Below, in pieces: positions 35,529 through 48,221 of a stretch of 64,000 bases of DNA. The stretch covers positions 9,672,001 through 9,736,000 of the forward strand of contig OU015569.1 of the NCBI GenBank assembly GCA_907165135.1, given 5' to 3'. The stretch's first letter is position 1, and each line of letters opens with the position of its first letter. This DNA is from Oikopleura dioica. Lineage: Eukaryota > Animalia > Chordata. The position numbers were made by a program, and so were the translations under genes. The notes below the pieces were generated by a model. That model did no database searches and was not told the DNA's origin. It saw only the letters and a list, made by a program, of their open reading frames with translations.

Positions 35529-35897
35529 ATGTCCGGACGAAAATCCCTCAACAAGAAGACCAAGGCTGGCAAGAAGAGCCGCTCCGCCCGCGCTGGACTT
35601 GCGTTCCCCGTCGGCCGAGTGCACCGAATGCTTCGCAACGGCAACTGGGCTGATCGAATCGGCGCCGGTGCTCCAGTCTACTTGGCCGCCGTCCTCGAGT
35701 ACCTCACCGCCGAGGTCGTCGAGCTGGCTGGCAACGCCGCCCGGGACAACAAGAAGAGCCGAATCAACCCCCGACACATCCAGCTCGCCGTCAGAAACGA
35801 CGAAGAGCTGCAGCGACTCTGCGGCGGAGTCACCATCGCTCAAGGTGGTGTCCTCCCCCACATCAACCCCGTCCTTCTTCCCAAGAAGAAGAACTAA
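35529..35897 (+). CDS. H2A: Histone H2A variant (copy 1), divergently paired with H2B
   Basis: [33 protein letters not shown]...LLPKKKN, 122 aa; TATA at about 35466. Confidence 0.96.
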   Translation: MSGRKSLNKKTKAGKKSRSARAGLAFPVGRVHRMLRNGNWADRIGAGAPVYLAAVLEYLTAEVVELAGNAARDNKKSRINPRHIQLAVRNDEELQRLCGGVTIAQGGVLPHINPVLLPKKKN

Positions 35898-35926
35898 GGA
35901 CGTCTTTTAGACGCTTCTTTAAAACC

Positions 35927-35942
35927 GGCCCTTTTAAGGGCC
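35927..35942 (+). promoter_or_regulatory. Histone 3' stem-loop (H2A copy 1)
   Basis: GGCCCTTTTAAGGGCC followed by ACAAA. Confidence 0.9.
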
Positions 35943-36180
35943 ACAAACAAACAAATTCTTTTCTCATCTAGAAAAGTGCCCCATCATCAAAACTGCGAGC
36001 ATTAACGGGACATGAAAGAGCGGATCCCCTTAAATCTCTTTTGTGGACAGAAAGGGCAGCCTTTAAAACATCTCCGCTTCACTTTTTCCATCTTATTTTA
36101 TGACTTCTGTCCTAAGACCCGCACTAAAATAAAAAGTAATTAATCGCTCAAAATACATTTTTCCGTGATTTTCAATCGGA

Positions 36181-36738
36181 ATGGTAGAACGTGGAAGAGA
36201 ATCACTTCTAGAGGAAACATCAGATATAGGTGAGGTCGACCTTTTCCAAACACTGACACTTTTTTATTTTGAAGAGAGCGAAGCAAGTCCTGAAGTTCAA
36301 GGAAAATTCAAATATGAAGCTTATATTGAGAAAACACGAGTGAGAAAACTCGAAAAAGAAAATGAAAAACTTAAAGAGCAAATATTAGGCTGGTTTTCAT
36401 GAATCGATTACGGTACTTGACCAACTATTAAATTAACTTTACTCGAAACAAGTTCTTAAAACGGAAGTGCAAAACCGCTTTCAGAGATTCAAATGTCACA
36501 CCAAATATCCGAGATAGAGCGGCTAAAGACTGAAATACATGAGATTTCGACGATCAAGACGATAAAGGAGAGCAAGATTTGTGGCACAGGATTTCGCACA
36601 GTTTGGTTCTGGATGTCCACTGTTCTGAATGTTCTTTTTGCGCTGGTGATCCTTTCTGCACTTTTGTTTGTTTTTCGTATAAAGCCGGAAATCTGTAATT
36701 TCAATCAAAAAGAAGACCTCAATTCCACATCATTCTAA
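36181..36738 (+). CDS. Possible tail-anchored coiled-coil protein
   Basis: Two ORFs with heptad-like segments (RVRKLEKENEKLKEQ; ISEIERLKTEIHEI) and a C-terminal TM; splicing not resolved. Confidence 0.35.
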
Positions 36739-37286
36739 TTTGTGAAAGAAAAAATGTAATTTTAATCGAAGCGCGACTTTGTTTACCAAATAAACTTTTC
36801 AAGTCTTTACTCTTTGATTGATGAAATTCTGTAAACTCATGTAATGGAACGTAGAGATCAATTTCGGGTACAGTTTCTTTTATTCGTCGACGACGTCTCA
36901 AGCCGTTTCCGCGATCACTAAAAATTCCACTGACCTCACAATGTTGAAGAGTCATGATTGTGCTCTTATGACTTGATTAAATCAGAGAAATTTCCAACTG
37001 TTATTTGAGTCTAAAGATGTGCTGAAGTCACAGCTATTTTAAGAGAATAATGGAAAATATCTATGCGTCAGGAGACTCCGTAAGCAGACGTCTACTATTT
37101 TCTGTTGAGAAATTTTCTCTGGACTTTCATTAAGAGGACGGAAAGGGGTATTTATTGAACATTCCCCGGTGATACTGTGGTATATCGAAAATGGCCATTG
37201 TTAAAGTGAGACGATTAATTAGATCCCTTAATATGCGCCAGGACCTGAAACTTATTCGACGACCTTTTTCAGCTTCATTCAAAGAG

Positions 37287-38417
37287 ATGGATTTTCTTCG
37301 GCGGAGCGCTATTTTTACGAATTGTCTTTATTTAGTTTCAGCGATCATTCTCGCCGTCTACAACACAAAGGTGCAAGATAACATTACAGTCATTCAATAC
37401 TTTGAATGAAGACTAATATCATAGATAGCACAATTTCGTAGAATATAGAATAAAATCCTTTATTCTATATTTTTAAGGACTACACTGAACACGAATTCGA
37501 TATTTTAGACTTGGTTGGAATTGACCATTTTTCTGTGCAGGACTGGAGAAATAAATTGCTATGAATTGCTAGAAACGATATTTCTTGACGATATTTTGTT
37601 ACTCCAGATAAGACGGCCGTTCTTGTTGCGATATTCGCGATCATTTCGATAGTTTTAACACCAGTTTTCTTGATATGGCTTTCATATATTATAGACCTAA
37701 TACATACGTAAACAAAACATCAATATCAAGAGGTAGATAACTATCCATGCTGACAAATGGAGCTGGCTCATTACGTCACTTCTTTTTGCCGGAGGAGCCT
37801 TGACTCTAGGAGCATTTACTATTTTCTACTTAGGTGAGTATCATCTCCATCTTCGATTCTCGAAATCAGTTTCAGGAATATCTCATATTCAATGGAAATC
37901 GATTCGAACAACTCACTGGCCAAATCTGCATCGCGAGCTTTTCGATGAACTGTCTCCAGCAGGAAATTCGACTTGGGATGAGCTCCAAAGAAAATACCAG
38001 TGCTGTGGCATAAATGGATCCGCCGATTTTCTCGGATCAGCGTGGGCCGCCTATGAAGAGAATCTCTACAATGCGGTCCCGCGAAGCTGTTGCAAGGACG
38101 AGAATAATTTTCATAAATGCGAAATTGAAGGACTTTGGTCACAAATCCACCAAATCGGTTGTCAAACTGTGTTATCTACTGCTCTGTATGAGCTTAGCTG
38201 TCAGACTAAGGTGCGCCTATTGAAAATATTGAATTTGGTATTAAAAAATCGTATTTTTAGATAAGACTAGTTGTCCTCTCTCTTGGGGAGTCCTTGCTGT
38301 TCATCCTTTGCCTACTGAAAATTATGATTTGGAAAAGGAAAGAGTTTGAAAAACCATCGTTTTTTTCAATATAGAAGTTATTATACGAACTCATTACAGG
38401 GGAAAAGAAGAACGTAG
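37287..38417 (+). CDS. Tetraspanin-family protein
   Basis: Four hydrophobic segments; large loop with WDELQRKYQCCG, VPRSCC and GC (CCG/PxSCC signature). Confidence 0.85.
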
Positions 38418-38997
38418 TAGAAAAACAACGGTAAGGTAGTCTTGCAACTAAAAACTAATACAGTCGAAGCCAAGGACAAGCTAATCTTCAAGATTGCCGA
38501 CTTCTACCGTCGATTTAACAACCATCAGTAAGCTTTTACAGATTTGACCGTTAATTTTCATGTCTTGCTGTTCAATAAATGAAGTCACCATCAAAAAAAG
38601 TCTTTACTCATAATTAGAGTGTGTCAACTTCCTGCAGTTGAGTACAAAAAAAAACAAGAATCAAAAAACGAGGCAACTGAAATGTTTTGTCAAGAGTATG
38701 AGCAAAGAAGTGCAGTCATTCTTTATTCCATTCTCGTAGACCGTTATAAAGAAATAAACACTATCAGTTCTTTTGAAGCGAGTATCTCTCGCTTTGGAAC
38801 ATTTGAAACCTTCTACGTCATATTTCTTCCCATATCGCTAGGCACTAGATCAGCTTCTTGTCTTGGCAGCTGTGTTCACTTGGCAGTTACTAAAAATCAT
38901 AAAAATATATTCATTCTAACAAATAATTATCATTGAAGCAATTTTTTGCGGAGGCTACTTACTTGATAGGCCACCGAAGGTATTGTTGAAAAATAAT

Positions 38998-41900
38998 TTA
39001 ATTGTAACTAGATTCAGGCATGTCTCGACCGATAACAGTGGTTGAAAGTGGAAAAGGGACATTCGGCGTTTTCAAAATGTGCCCGATCATCATCGGCGCA
39101 ATGTGCTCGAAGGGCTTCATCGTCGCTTTGTGCTGTATCATCGAGTGATCACTACATTTCAGTAAGCAAGTGAAAGAGAGCTCTATGCTTGCCTAAATTG
39201 TCGCAGATACGTGAGAAGCATTAGTAACCGAGGCAAGAGTTTCTTTTCTAGAGGATGGTTGCGCGCGATGAATTGTCTCAGGAGGTCGATGTAGTGTTGC
39301 TGCACATTATCAACCTTGGCGTCTAGTTCCTTGGAATAGTTTCTGTCTGGACTAAATAAGGTCAGCGCAGTCAACAGCGCCAAGAGGTGCGTCGAAGAAG
39401 CAGTTTTCTTTATTCGAGCGAACGTTTCGAACACGCTTTTGCCAAACTCCTGCGTTGAAAGACCGCTCAGTCGGGCTTGGTTGATGACTGAACCATCAAA
39501 GGTTGTGACGCACTGAAAAACAAACTTAATACATATATATATTCAGACTGAATGCTCGAACAGGTTGTTTCTGAGGCGTGGCTATTATCTCAGTTACTGA
39601 GGCGTGCAGACTATCAACAAGTGTCATGAAAAAATTCTGAAAGAATTTTGTCGTTCCCTGCGGGCAGCCTCGAAATAATGTAACATAGGGATGAAACTTT
39701 GTTCCAGTGCTACGGGAGATATAAATAATCAAAACGTGGCTGTGTTTGACAAGTTGGCTTTTGAAATTTTGGAGCCTCTTATGGTAATTTAGAGTTTATG
39801 AACAAACAGTCTGTTTGAACTTACTTTTGTTAGAGGGTCGTACTTGGTGATGGACTGGAGGACGAAAATCTCGATCAAGGAAGAAGAGAGAATCTTTACT
39901 TGGTCATCAAAGGAGAAGACCTTGAAGGGCGATAGATTCTTGGCGAAGCTAACAATCAAGTTCACAATGAGTTGGAAGAAGCTCTCCATTTTCAGCTTCT
40001 CTTGCTGCGCCGCAGATGATGACTTCTGGATTGCAAGGTATAGAGGAGCAAGCACCTGCTTTTGCGATTCGATGTCTAAACAAAAGCTAAATAAAGAATC
40101 ATGAAAACTGAGTTGGGACAAGTATATTTTTAAATATATTTGACCATTGTCTCTGGAATTGGCGATGCTCGTCGAGAGAAACCTTTTTGTAAAAGCATCT
40201 CAAGAAGCAAATTAAACTCTCGCCGAGCAGCACCTAATCACTGGGACAATTACGTGCATCAAGACCTTGCACAGAACGGACATGAAATCCCTTACGTGCA
40301 AAGATAGACCACCATAAACGTTCAAAAATTTGATTGATCGAAGAAATCTCCCTGAAAAAATTAGTTTGACAAGTGAGTTATCGATATGCAAAACTAATAA
40401 CGCTGAACTACAGCCATGCACATTTATTTAATTTCAAGTCGATCATTTTTTTAAGTGGAGAACCTTTTATGCAATGCCTGATTTGATCATTTTGATCAGA
40501 CACAACATTTGATTGAAATCTAAAATTTTCGATAACGAATTTTCCACCTAAATTCTTTCCACCACGATTCTATGTTCACGTTGCTTGCCCTAAATTACCG
40601 GTAATTTTATCGAAACAGTTGAGAACTTCCGCCATAAGCTTGTGTTGCTCCTTCACTAGTGGATTGACAATTACTGTCGGGCGGCGCATGTTCTCCAGAA
40701 TTCGTTGGGTGCGAGTTCTGTTCTTTTTTCGGCGCACGTACTGATCGCGCATGCCAGCCTAGCGAAGGAAATTAGTTTTGAACTTTAGGCATGGTGGCTA
40801 CCAAATTTCGCAAAGATCAAGATTTGCGAAATTTAAATATTTACAAAGTTCATTCTGCAGTTGCGCGGTTCACAAACAGAATAAACTCTATTCCTACATC
40901 AATTGAACGAATTCTACCCGCGGCTAACTCTATACGTCGTTCACCGTTTTGTACACAATAGTTAAACCCGCACTAAATTGTGAAAGATCTTTTTTAACAA
41001 TGACGATAATATAGCGGTGGGTTTTATTACATGAAGGCGGCTCTTTTCGGCCATATAAGTTTAAGTTTGAAGAAAATGATTGAACCAATCATAGATCAAC
41101 TTACTTCTTCGCAGCGCCGTAATCGACATTTCTGGCATCGTTGTCGTGGGTGATCGACTACAGCAAGATCGCACTTGTACAAGTTCTGAATAACGCCGTG
41201 GCTTGAGCTTTTCGAGATTAAATCTAGTAACATGCTTAATTTTTCACTATTGCTATCAGAATGACAAGTTGCCTAATAGCCTCAGAACCTTTCCTTATCG
41301 AGTCCGTTTTTACAAACATATTCCAACTTGGACAAGACGGTTCTTCTGAAGAATCCCTTGCAGCCTTAAGATCATTTCGTTAATTAAATTTATGACTCTA
41401 AAAAACAATGACTGAATCGGACCATTCTCTTTGATTTTCGTAAAAAAATGGCGCCATGTCACGAATATGCAATTGGAATGAAAATGATCGTGGAAATGTC
41501 CTTGAGTAAATTTCTTATGTTTTAGATTCTAATGTAAATTTAGAGGATTCAGAAAATTGCAATAATTATTAGGTCTAGTATCGCGATCAGCAGATATACA
41601 TATATTGAACCTGATTATTTGGTGTCAATTTAACGTTTGAATGAGTTAAGGATGAGTGACGTGTTTGAAACACGTTATTACGGACAAGGCATCGATAGGA
41701 ATCTTGTCCAATACGTCTTTTTGAATAGGCAATTTGGGGAAGGGTGCTCCTGTGGCACTGTCTCTCTTGTGGCACTTTCTCTCCTGTGGCACTTGCGCCC
41801 GCTGTGGTATACCACAGGAGAGACAGTGCCACAAGAGAGACAGTGCCACAAGAGAGACATTTTCAAAAGCGTTCCCTATCAGATTATCAAAATGATAATC

Positions 41901-42986
41901 TTCTTAGGGAATCCGCCGGCCCAGCTCCACGCGCGTGGCTCGCAGTTTTTTAGTTTCTATTTTTGCCGTTAGAACTTTTTCTGATTAAAATTTATTTTTC
42001 TACGTGGACGAAACTTTCCTTGACCTTTCATTGTCATTTCGTCAACTAATCATATCTTGTACTTACGGTGAGTTTTTCCGAAAATTTGGATTCTTGATAT
42101 CAAGGATACAGAACTAATGTAACTGTTACATTGTAACATAACTCAATCGTTTATTGAAAGTTTAGTCCACCCAAAAAAATTCATGTAAATCGAAAAAAGT
42201 TATCAAATGGAAAACAACGAGGCGCGCACATAGAGATGGGTCGGTGGACTCCTTAAAATTATCATTTTGAGAATCTGATAGTTGAAAATGTCTCTTTTGT
42301 GGCACTGTCTCTCTTGTGGCACTGTCTCTCCTGTGGTATACCACAACAGGCGCAAGTGCCACAGGAGAGACAGTGCCACAGGAGGCAAATATGACGAAAG
42401 TGCCACAATAGCACCCTCTCCGGCAATTTGGACTTATCGTTTAGCGTCATGGGCTAAAACTGAAAAGAGCAGGGAAATAGAGTTACCCTGATGTTTGAGC
42501 TGGGCAAACACAAATGTGTTCAATGTTGGTCAAACTCGCCGTTGTACGATAGTGCAAATTTCTCGTAGTTAGGCAGCTACTTAAGTATAGACGGGTTTGT
42601 TCGGAACCCTTTCTCGCTAAGATAATGGCGCTGACCACAGAATTGAAATAAAAAGAAAGGCTCCTGACTCATGGTCGTTCCAAAGAGCCCCGAAAGGCGC
42701 TTAATTGACAATTGACAATGAGGTTTATTGCTAAACAAAAAATCCAAACAAAATAAACGCCCCCTTCTTGCAATAACGGTTTGAAAAAGTAATTATTAAA
42801 GAAAAAATAATTAAAATATTAGTAATAGAATCAGCAGACAAATCAGCTTTATAAATTGACCTCGTGCTCACCTTGGCAACTGAGAACATTGTAATGATAT
42901 CCGTCCGCTTTACGTTTGCAAATCTGGCACTTTTCGTCGCCGAACATTTTGACTTGCGGTCCTCTTCGCACCTTGTCCGTCTCCAT
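38998..42986 (-). CDS. NR1H (LXR/FXR-like) nuclear receptor; 5' end may extend further
   Basis: RRGPQVKMFGDEKCQICKRKADGYHYNVLSCQG|CKGFFRR...RCQKCRLRRCEE|AGM DBD; LBD signature FAKNLSPFKVFSFDDQVKILSSSLIEIFVL and LLPRLLMLLTYLR. Confidence 0.88.
41737..42421. mobile_element. Foldback/Mutator-like non-autonomous element, 685 bp, 9-bp TSD GGCAATTTG
   Basis: Imperfect inverted arms of about 230 bp with tandem TGTGGCACTGTCTCTC(T) subrepeats; TSD at 41728-41736 and 42422-42430; located in the NR1H intron. Confidence 0.88.
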
Positions 42987-44968
42987 GAGTTTGTTCTATT
43001 TCGCCCGCTGTGGAAGATTGCAGCGATGTCTCTGGCTGAACTTAGCAGCTGTTAAATAAACTGCGGTGCTTTTCTTCGTCTCGGGTTAGCTTCGTTTACG
43101 AAGTCACGCACTGCTGATCTTGCCTTCGATACGCTCTCTGAATCCAACCAACGCTCCGGAGTAGATCCTCAATTTTACGTTGCAGCTCGCTCTCTTTCTC
43201 TCCACGTGTAGGGGATAATTATTGAGTTCCTGCTAGTTTGTAGTATTACCCGATTTCAAACTCGAGCAAAGAGCAACTGGTCGCGCCACTGCGCCACTTC
43301 ACAGTTCAAACTCTTTTGGCAATAGCGACACTACTACGTCACAGCGATCCAAAATGAACGCATTTCGGAGCGGCCCGAGGCCTCAGCCACGGTAAAAATG
43401 AAAACTTGGGTATGATATTTTCTTCTGCTTCGATTATGCAGTGAAAGTCAGCGAAAATGCTCTTTGGTAAGAGCACCTGAAAACGCATCGGCTGCCCTCT
43501 TGCAGAACATCCATCCTCTAGATTCACCTTGCTTCATCTACTCTTTCTTGATTTCTGACTAGTTCTACGCAGAGAGCGTGTTTGTCATAGTATGGATCTC
43601 ATACTATACGCTTGAATAGCTTTGATAATATATAAAAGCTAATTTCCCAAAATGGGAAAATTGCGTCTCCGGTTATTTCTTACACATAATATGTTAGATG
43701 TCCGATCTAATGTTTCAAATTAAGATCAAGCACAATCTTTTTAATTGATCTTATAACGCGATAGGAAATGCGCACAAAATATTGGTACTGTAGGTTTATT
43801 CTCAAGGGCTACATCAAAACTTGTTTATTGTTTATTAATTGATATATAAATTTATGGCTTCTTACGTTCAACTAAGAGCTTACTCTCGTCTTTGCTAGGA
43901 ATAATAAAACTCAGAGAGAAATTTTACGGTCATTGACGGTGACTGCTAAGCAGTAAAGCGGCGTATAAGGTTAGCTCGTTTTAAAAAATCGTTCTATTTT
44001 TACGTCCCCTCAAGCCAGGCAGCGATGTTCGAGCTTATCTTAAAAAGATATTGAATGCGCCTGCTGCCGGAACAATTCGGCAAACTCGCACGTGGTTCGG
44101 AGGGCCTTGTGGAACGCGATGTTTATAGATATAGCAGTACTTTATTAATAACGGCATATTTGGCATCAAACTTTTATTCGTGTAATCTCAAGTTCCCTTG
44201 TACCAATTGCTCTTTCGAAAACAATTGTTAACACTGAACGCGGCTATATTCGTTCATTCTTTCGGATTTAATTCCCTGAAACAGTACACTTTTATTTCAT
44301 TTTTAGAAAAAAAAATATGGCTAGATTATTCTTTCAATCGGTTGTCATTCAAGAAGCAGTCTCATAAACGAAATGAAATTCAATGAGTCGAGTCACTTTG
44401 CGAAGGCTATAAACTCCTGTCGAACAAGAAAATTATCAAAGTAGCGTCTAAGTTAGAATTATTTGTTCGCTTTATGATCCCAATCAATTATTTCAGCCAT
44501 GAAAGAAGTGTATGACTATCTTTACAAGTACAGCGCAGAAATAACGTTTCTAGGAAGATATTTAAAATGCCTACTTTAATCATTAACAAATTTTTAGACT
44601 TTTCATTTTGCATCCGCTTTGGAGAATCAAACAAAAATAATTGGGACAAAAGGGAAGTCCTCTAGGCAACCATTCTGGAAGGAATATTACTAATCACATT
44701 AGAAATTGTGTACTCTTTGTTTATGTCTGAAGAAATGATTTCTACGGGGAGCAGAAGAGTGCGAACTTTAGAGCCACAGAAATCACATTAGCACTCGTGT
44801 GAAAAGACTACTCTCGTACTTTGACACTCTCACTGGGTCAGGTTGGATTTCGCTCGCGTCACTGTATTTTTCCCTACTAGGTTCTAGCAAAGTAGACAAG
44901 GGAAGAGCCTCGATCAAATGTTAAATCATTTGGCCAAGATCAATATGCAAGTTTTCTGGTAAATTTGT

Positions 44969-44984
44969 GGCCCTTAAAAGGGCC
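44969..44984 (-). promoter_or_regulatory. Histone 3' stem-loop (solo H2B)
   Basis: GGCCCTTTTAAGGGCC downstream of the stop. Confidence 0.9.
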
Positions 44985-45006
44985 TGTTTTAGCTCCGGTA
45001 AATGAT

Positions 45007-45342
45007 TTACTTGGAGGCGGTGTATTTGGTCACAGCTTTGGTACCCTCGGAGACGGCGTGCTTAGCAAGCTCACCAGGGAAGAGCAGTCGGCAAGCGGTC
45101 TGGATTTCTCGAGAGGAAATCGTAGACCTCTTGTTGATCTTGGCGAGACGGGAAGCTTCGCCACCGACCCGGTCGAAAATATCACGAACGAAAGAGTTCA
45201 TGATTGACATCGCCTTGGAGGAGATGCCCTGGTCGGGGTGGACCTGCTTCAACACCTTGTAGATGTAGATCGAAAAGGACTCCTTGCGGGCCTTTCGGTA
45301 CTTTCGGGCATTGGCGGTAGCGGGCTTAGCAGACTTGGCCAT
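45007..45342 (-). CDS. H2B: Solo histone H2B variant
   Basis: 111-aa H2[27 protein letters not shown]...; no adjacent H2A partner. Confidence 0.95.
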   Translation of the reverse strand: MAKSAKPATANARKYRKARKESFSIYIYKVLKQVHPDQGISSKAMSIMNSFVRDIFDRVGGEASRLAKINKRSTISSREIQTACRLLFPGELAKHAVSEGTKAVTKYTASK

Positions 45343-45427
45343 CGTTGGTTATTCACAAGGTTTCAAGTTTGTGAGTAGTGAACAGCCTCATTCTGGTGGC
45401 GTATTTATACCCAGGTAAGCGACGTGT

Positions 45428-45438
45428 GGGAGACAACC
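45428..45438. promoter_or_regulatory. GGGAGACAACC upstream motif (solo H2B)
   Basis: Same 11-mer, about 18 nt upstream of the TATA-like TATAAATA. Confidence 0.6.
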
Positions 45439-45775
45439 CTTGGGAAGAAAAACAAATTGTTCTCGAAACACGTTTCGTGAGATTTTGTTTTTCTCTCCGT
45501 GTTTTCAACTGAATCCTGGTTATCCTTATTAGAAACGATCAAAAGCACGAAATTACTGGACTATGAACTGGGTCGGTGGATTATTTAGTCGATAAAAGGC
45601 GGAGGAGGTAGGCGTGACCCAGAAAAATTAGAGAAATTTATCGGATAAATACCAGCTTTTTATTTAATTTATTCGTTGGGAAAGCTCCGGTCGAAAAAGA
45701 ATTTCGGAATCTTCAGAGATTTTCCGTGAATTGATTATTGACGATTGATTGTAAAAATTTTGGATATTTTTTAAT

Positions 45776-45911
45776 GCTGAGAAACAAAGTGAGAAACACT
45801 TCGAGCTCTAGAAAGTTTTTGTATGGACGAAGGAAGCAAAGGAGAAAAGAAAAACAGCAAGTGGGAAACACGCTGAGAAACGCGTCAATATCTAGAGACA
45901 TTCTGTTTTGA
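45776..45911. repeat. Dispersed repeat, copy 1
   Basis: Similar to the reverse complement of 53844-53991 (GTGAGAAACAC, GAGCTCTAGAAA, GCAAGTGGGAAACAC, CTAGA-ACATTCT-TTTTGA blocks). Confidence 0.75.
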
Positions 45912-46175
45912 GTCGCAAAGTTTGCATCGCAGTTGAGAAAGGCGAGTGGGCTCAGCTTCGAGTTCTTTCCAGTGCGCTCATTTTCATTGGTGGAAGACCT
46001 CGCTCTCTTTGAAAGCTTTCGCCATTTTCCAGGGTGGACTTTTCCTTCCTGAAAATTGTTGCCGAATCACCAGTTCAGTGGTGGCCAATTGCAGCCGAAT
46101 CACGAAAAGAAAAGAGAATATTTTTATTTTGATAATTTTTTGTAAATTTTTAATGAATTTTAATTTACTTTCAGA

Positions 46176-46826
46176 ATGAAACGTAAGCTCCCGAAGTGTG
46201 TTAGGATCGAGATAGACAGCTCTGCTGAGGCTGAAGCAAAGTGGCAGAGAAGTTTGAAGAGAAAGAAAGAGGAGGCGAGAAAAAGAGAGCTGGAGAAATA
46301 TCCCGACTTCACGGCAGAAAATGTAAGATTCGATTTCTTCTTTAATTATTTTCGACTTTCTTCTTCGGCTTTTTTAGTCGAAGCAAGCCCTGTAAATTTA
46401 AAAATCGTCAATAATCGCTTTCAGTGGCGTGTTTTTGCAGATGCATATGCATCCGGCCAAGCTCATTCGATGATGAAGACGATGCAAGTACAATTCGCCG
46501 GATTGAATCTCGCCTCAGAAGAAAATGGCGCGCCGCCTGTTTTATTTTCGAAAAAGTCGGCTCACCCACAAAACGAAAATCGAAAAGATCTTCACACCGA
46601 TATTACGAATTTTTCAATAAAACAACCAAACGAACGAGCATTGGCGAATTTAAGTACAAATTTGAACGCAGCAAAGGCAAGCGAGAAGGAAGAATGTTCG
46701 TCAGCGGATTTGGAGGTAGATATCGCGCTATATTTTCCTGTGGACGAGAGTTTTTTTAGATTCACAGCACGGTTGGAGTGCAGATCTCCCAATGGTGAGA
46801 CACGAAGGAGGTGGCAAGATTCGTAG
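46176..46826 (+). CDS. Uncharacterised protein, or 5' part of the bHLH gene
   Basis: ORF with an apparent internal intron and a charged N-terminus; joining to the bHLH frame was not resolved. Confidence 0.4.
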   Translation: MKRKLPKCVRIEIDSSAEAEAKWQRSLKRKKEEARKRELEKYPDFTAENVRFDFFFNYFRLSSSAFLVEASPVNLKIVNNRFQWRVFADAYASGQAHSMMKTMQVQFAGLNLASEENGAPPVLFSKKSAHPQNENRKDLHTDITNFSIKQPNERALANLSTNLNAAKASEKEECSSADLEVDIALYFPVDESFFRFTARLECRSPNGETRRRWQDS

Positions 46827-47979
46827 CCGCTCAAGATCTAGTGCTCAGTCTGAATCGGTGAAAATAAGAAACGCACGAGAACGAGAGCGAGTGAAGACTC
46901 TCAATGCAGCATACGAACAGCTCCGCGATCGGCTCCCCATTACACCTAGTCTAAGAGGAAAGAAGATGTCCAAGTACGAGACCCTGCAGGTAATGGAACC
47001 AGTAAATGCCATAATAGAGCGTTTATAGCACGCTATCGAGTACATTCGGACACTAGAAGATTTGCTTGATGGTGGTGATGAAGAAGGGCATTTTCAGATG
47101 CCGCAAAGAGACATCGAGCTCCGAAAATGCTTGCCTAATGAAAGTCCTCTTTGCCGATCTCGATCTATGGGACCGCAGATTATTGATGTAACAGTCTCTT
47201 CTTCCCGAAGCTCGGAAAGTGGCTTTAGTTCCAATGACAGCAGTACCAGCCAAGCCTATAGCTCGATCGAACTATCTGAAGCCGACTCTCTTGTAAAAAC
47301 TGGCTCTATTATCTTAGGTCATGATAAAGACGCGTCGATTGAATTGACTCAAGGTGAGAGGAGACCAAGCATTTTTGTATCAACTTCTTGTACAATTCTG
47401 TAAGGAGTTTCCGCGCCTCTGTGAGTGCTGCGTTGCCGCACCCCTTACCCGCTGTCTAGGGGTGCGGAAACTCCTCACAGAACTGTACGGGCCGTTTTGG
47501 CTATATGGCAGTTTTTCTGAATGTGCTATTCAAGACTTGAATTTCAAGTGACAATTCTACTTACTGTGACAATCACAGTTTGACAGCTTTCGTTTTACAT
47601 GCTGGAACGGGTTGTTTAAATTCTCAACAGCTCTAACTCAAAGGCATTCGGTCGACTCAGTTATTTAGCCTTGATACTAAGTTTGCTTTCAGGAATGCAC
47701 CCAATGTACGCAGTCAATCCGGTGGCAATGTCGCTCGCCGCAAGCTATTATGCCCATAACGCGACTCCATCTGTCAGAATCAGCGAGAACGAGGCGGAGG
47801 CTTACTCAAATCTGCAGCAGCAATCGCCTTATCCCCAGTCAGAAGAGTATGAGTCTGTTTCTTTCGACACCCAGGAACATGTCACCTTGAAGAACCTCAA
47901 TTATCAAACGCAAGAATTAAAGGACCACTTTCCGATTCACATGGCCGCCGACGTCAAGGTACGCGCCATGGAAGCTTAA
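46792..47979 (+). CDS. Achaete-scute-like bHLH transcription factor
   Basis: IRNARERERVKTLNAAYEQLRDRLP...KKMSKYETLQ|HAIEYIRTLEDLL; last exon joined in phase at about 47692. Confidence 0.8.
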
Positions 47980-48221
47980 CTTTCTTGACGAGTATTAGAC
48001 GGAGGCACCCTCCTACGAATCTAACGAAGCCATCTCTTTCGGCGCTTACGAATAGCTAGAATCACAGCCATTTATACCATTAATATCTCTACACTGCACA
48101 ATTCTTTCATTTATCGGTCCCTGCCACAGTCACAATAATTTCTATTTACTGGAAAGTTCAAGCCCAGCACAAATCGAAGCAAATATAGAGCTGCCTTTAT
48201 GAAAATAAATAAAATTAGAAA

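Noticed and set aside
41587-42491. Several short ORFs with repeated LLWHCLSCG/QERQCH motifs that look like a repeat array
   Set aside because: They are translations of the foldback element's subrepeats. There are no unique spacers or cas genes, so this is not CRISPR, and the context is eukaryotic.
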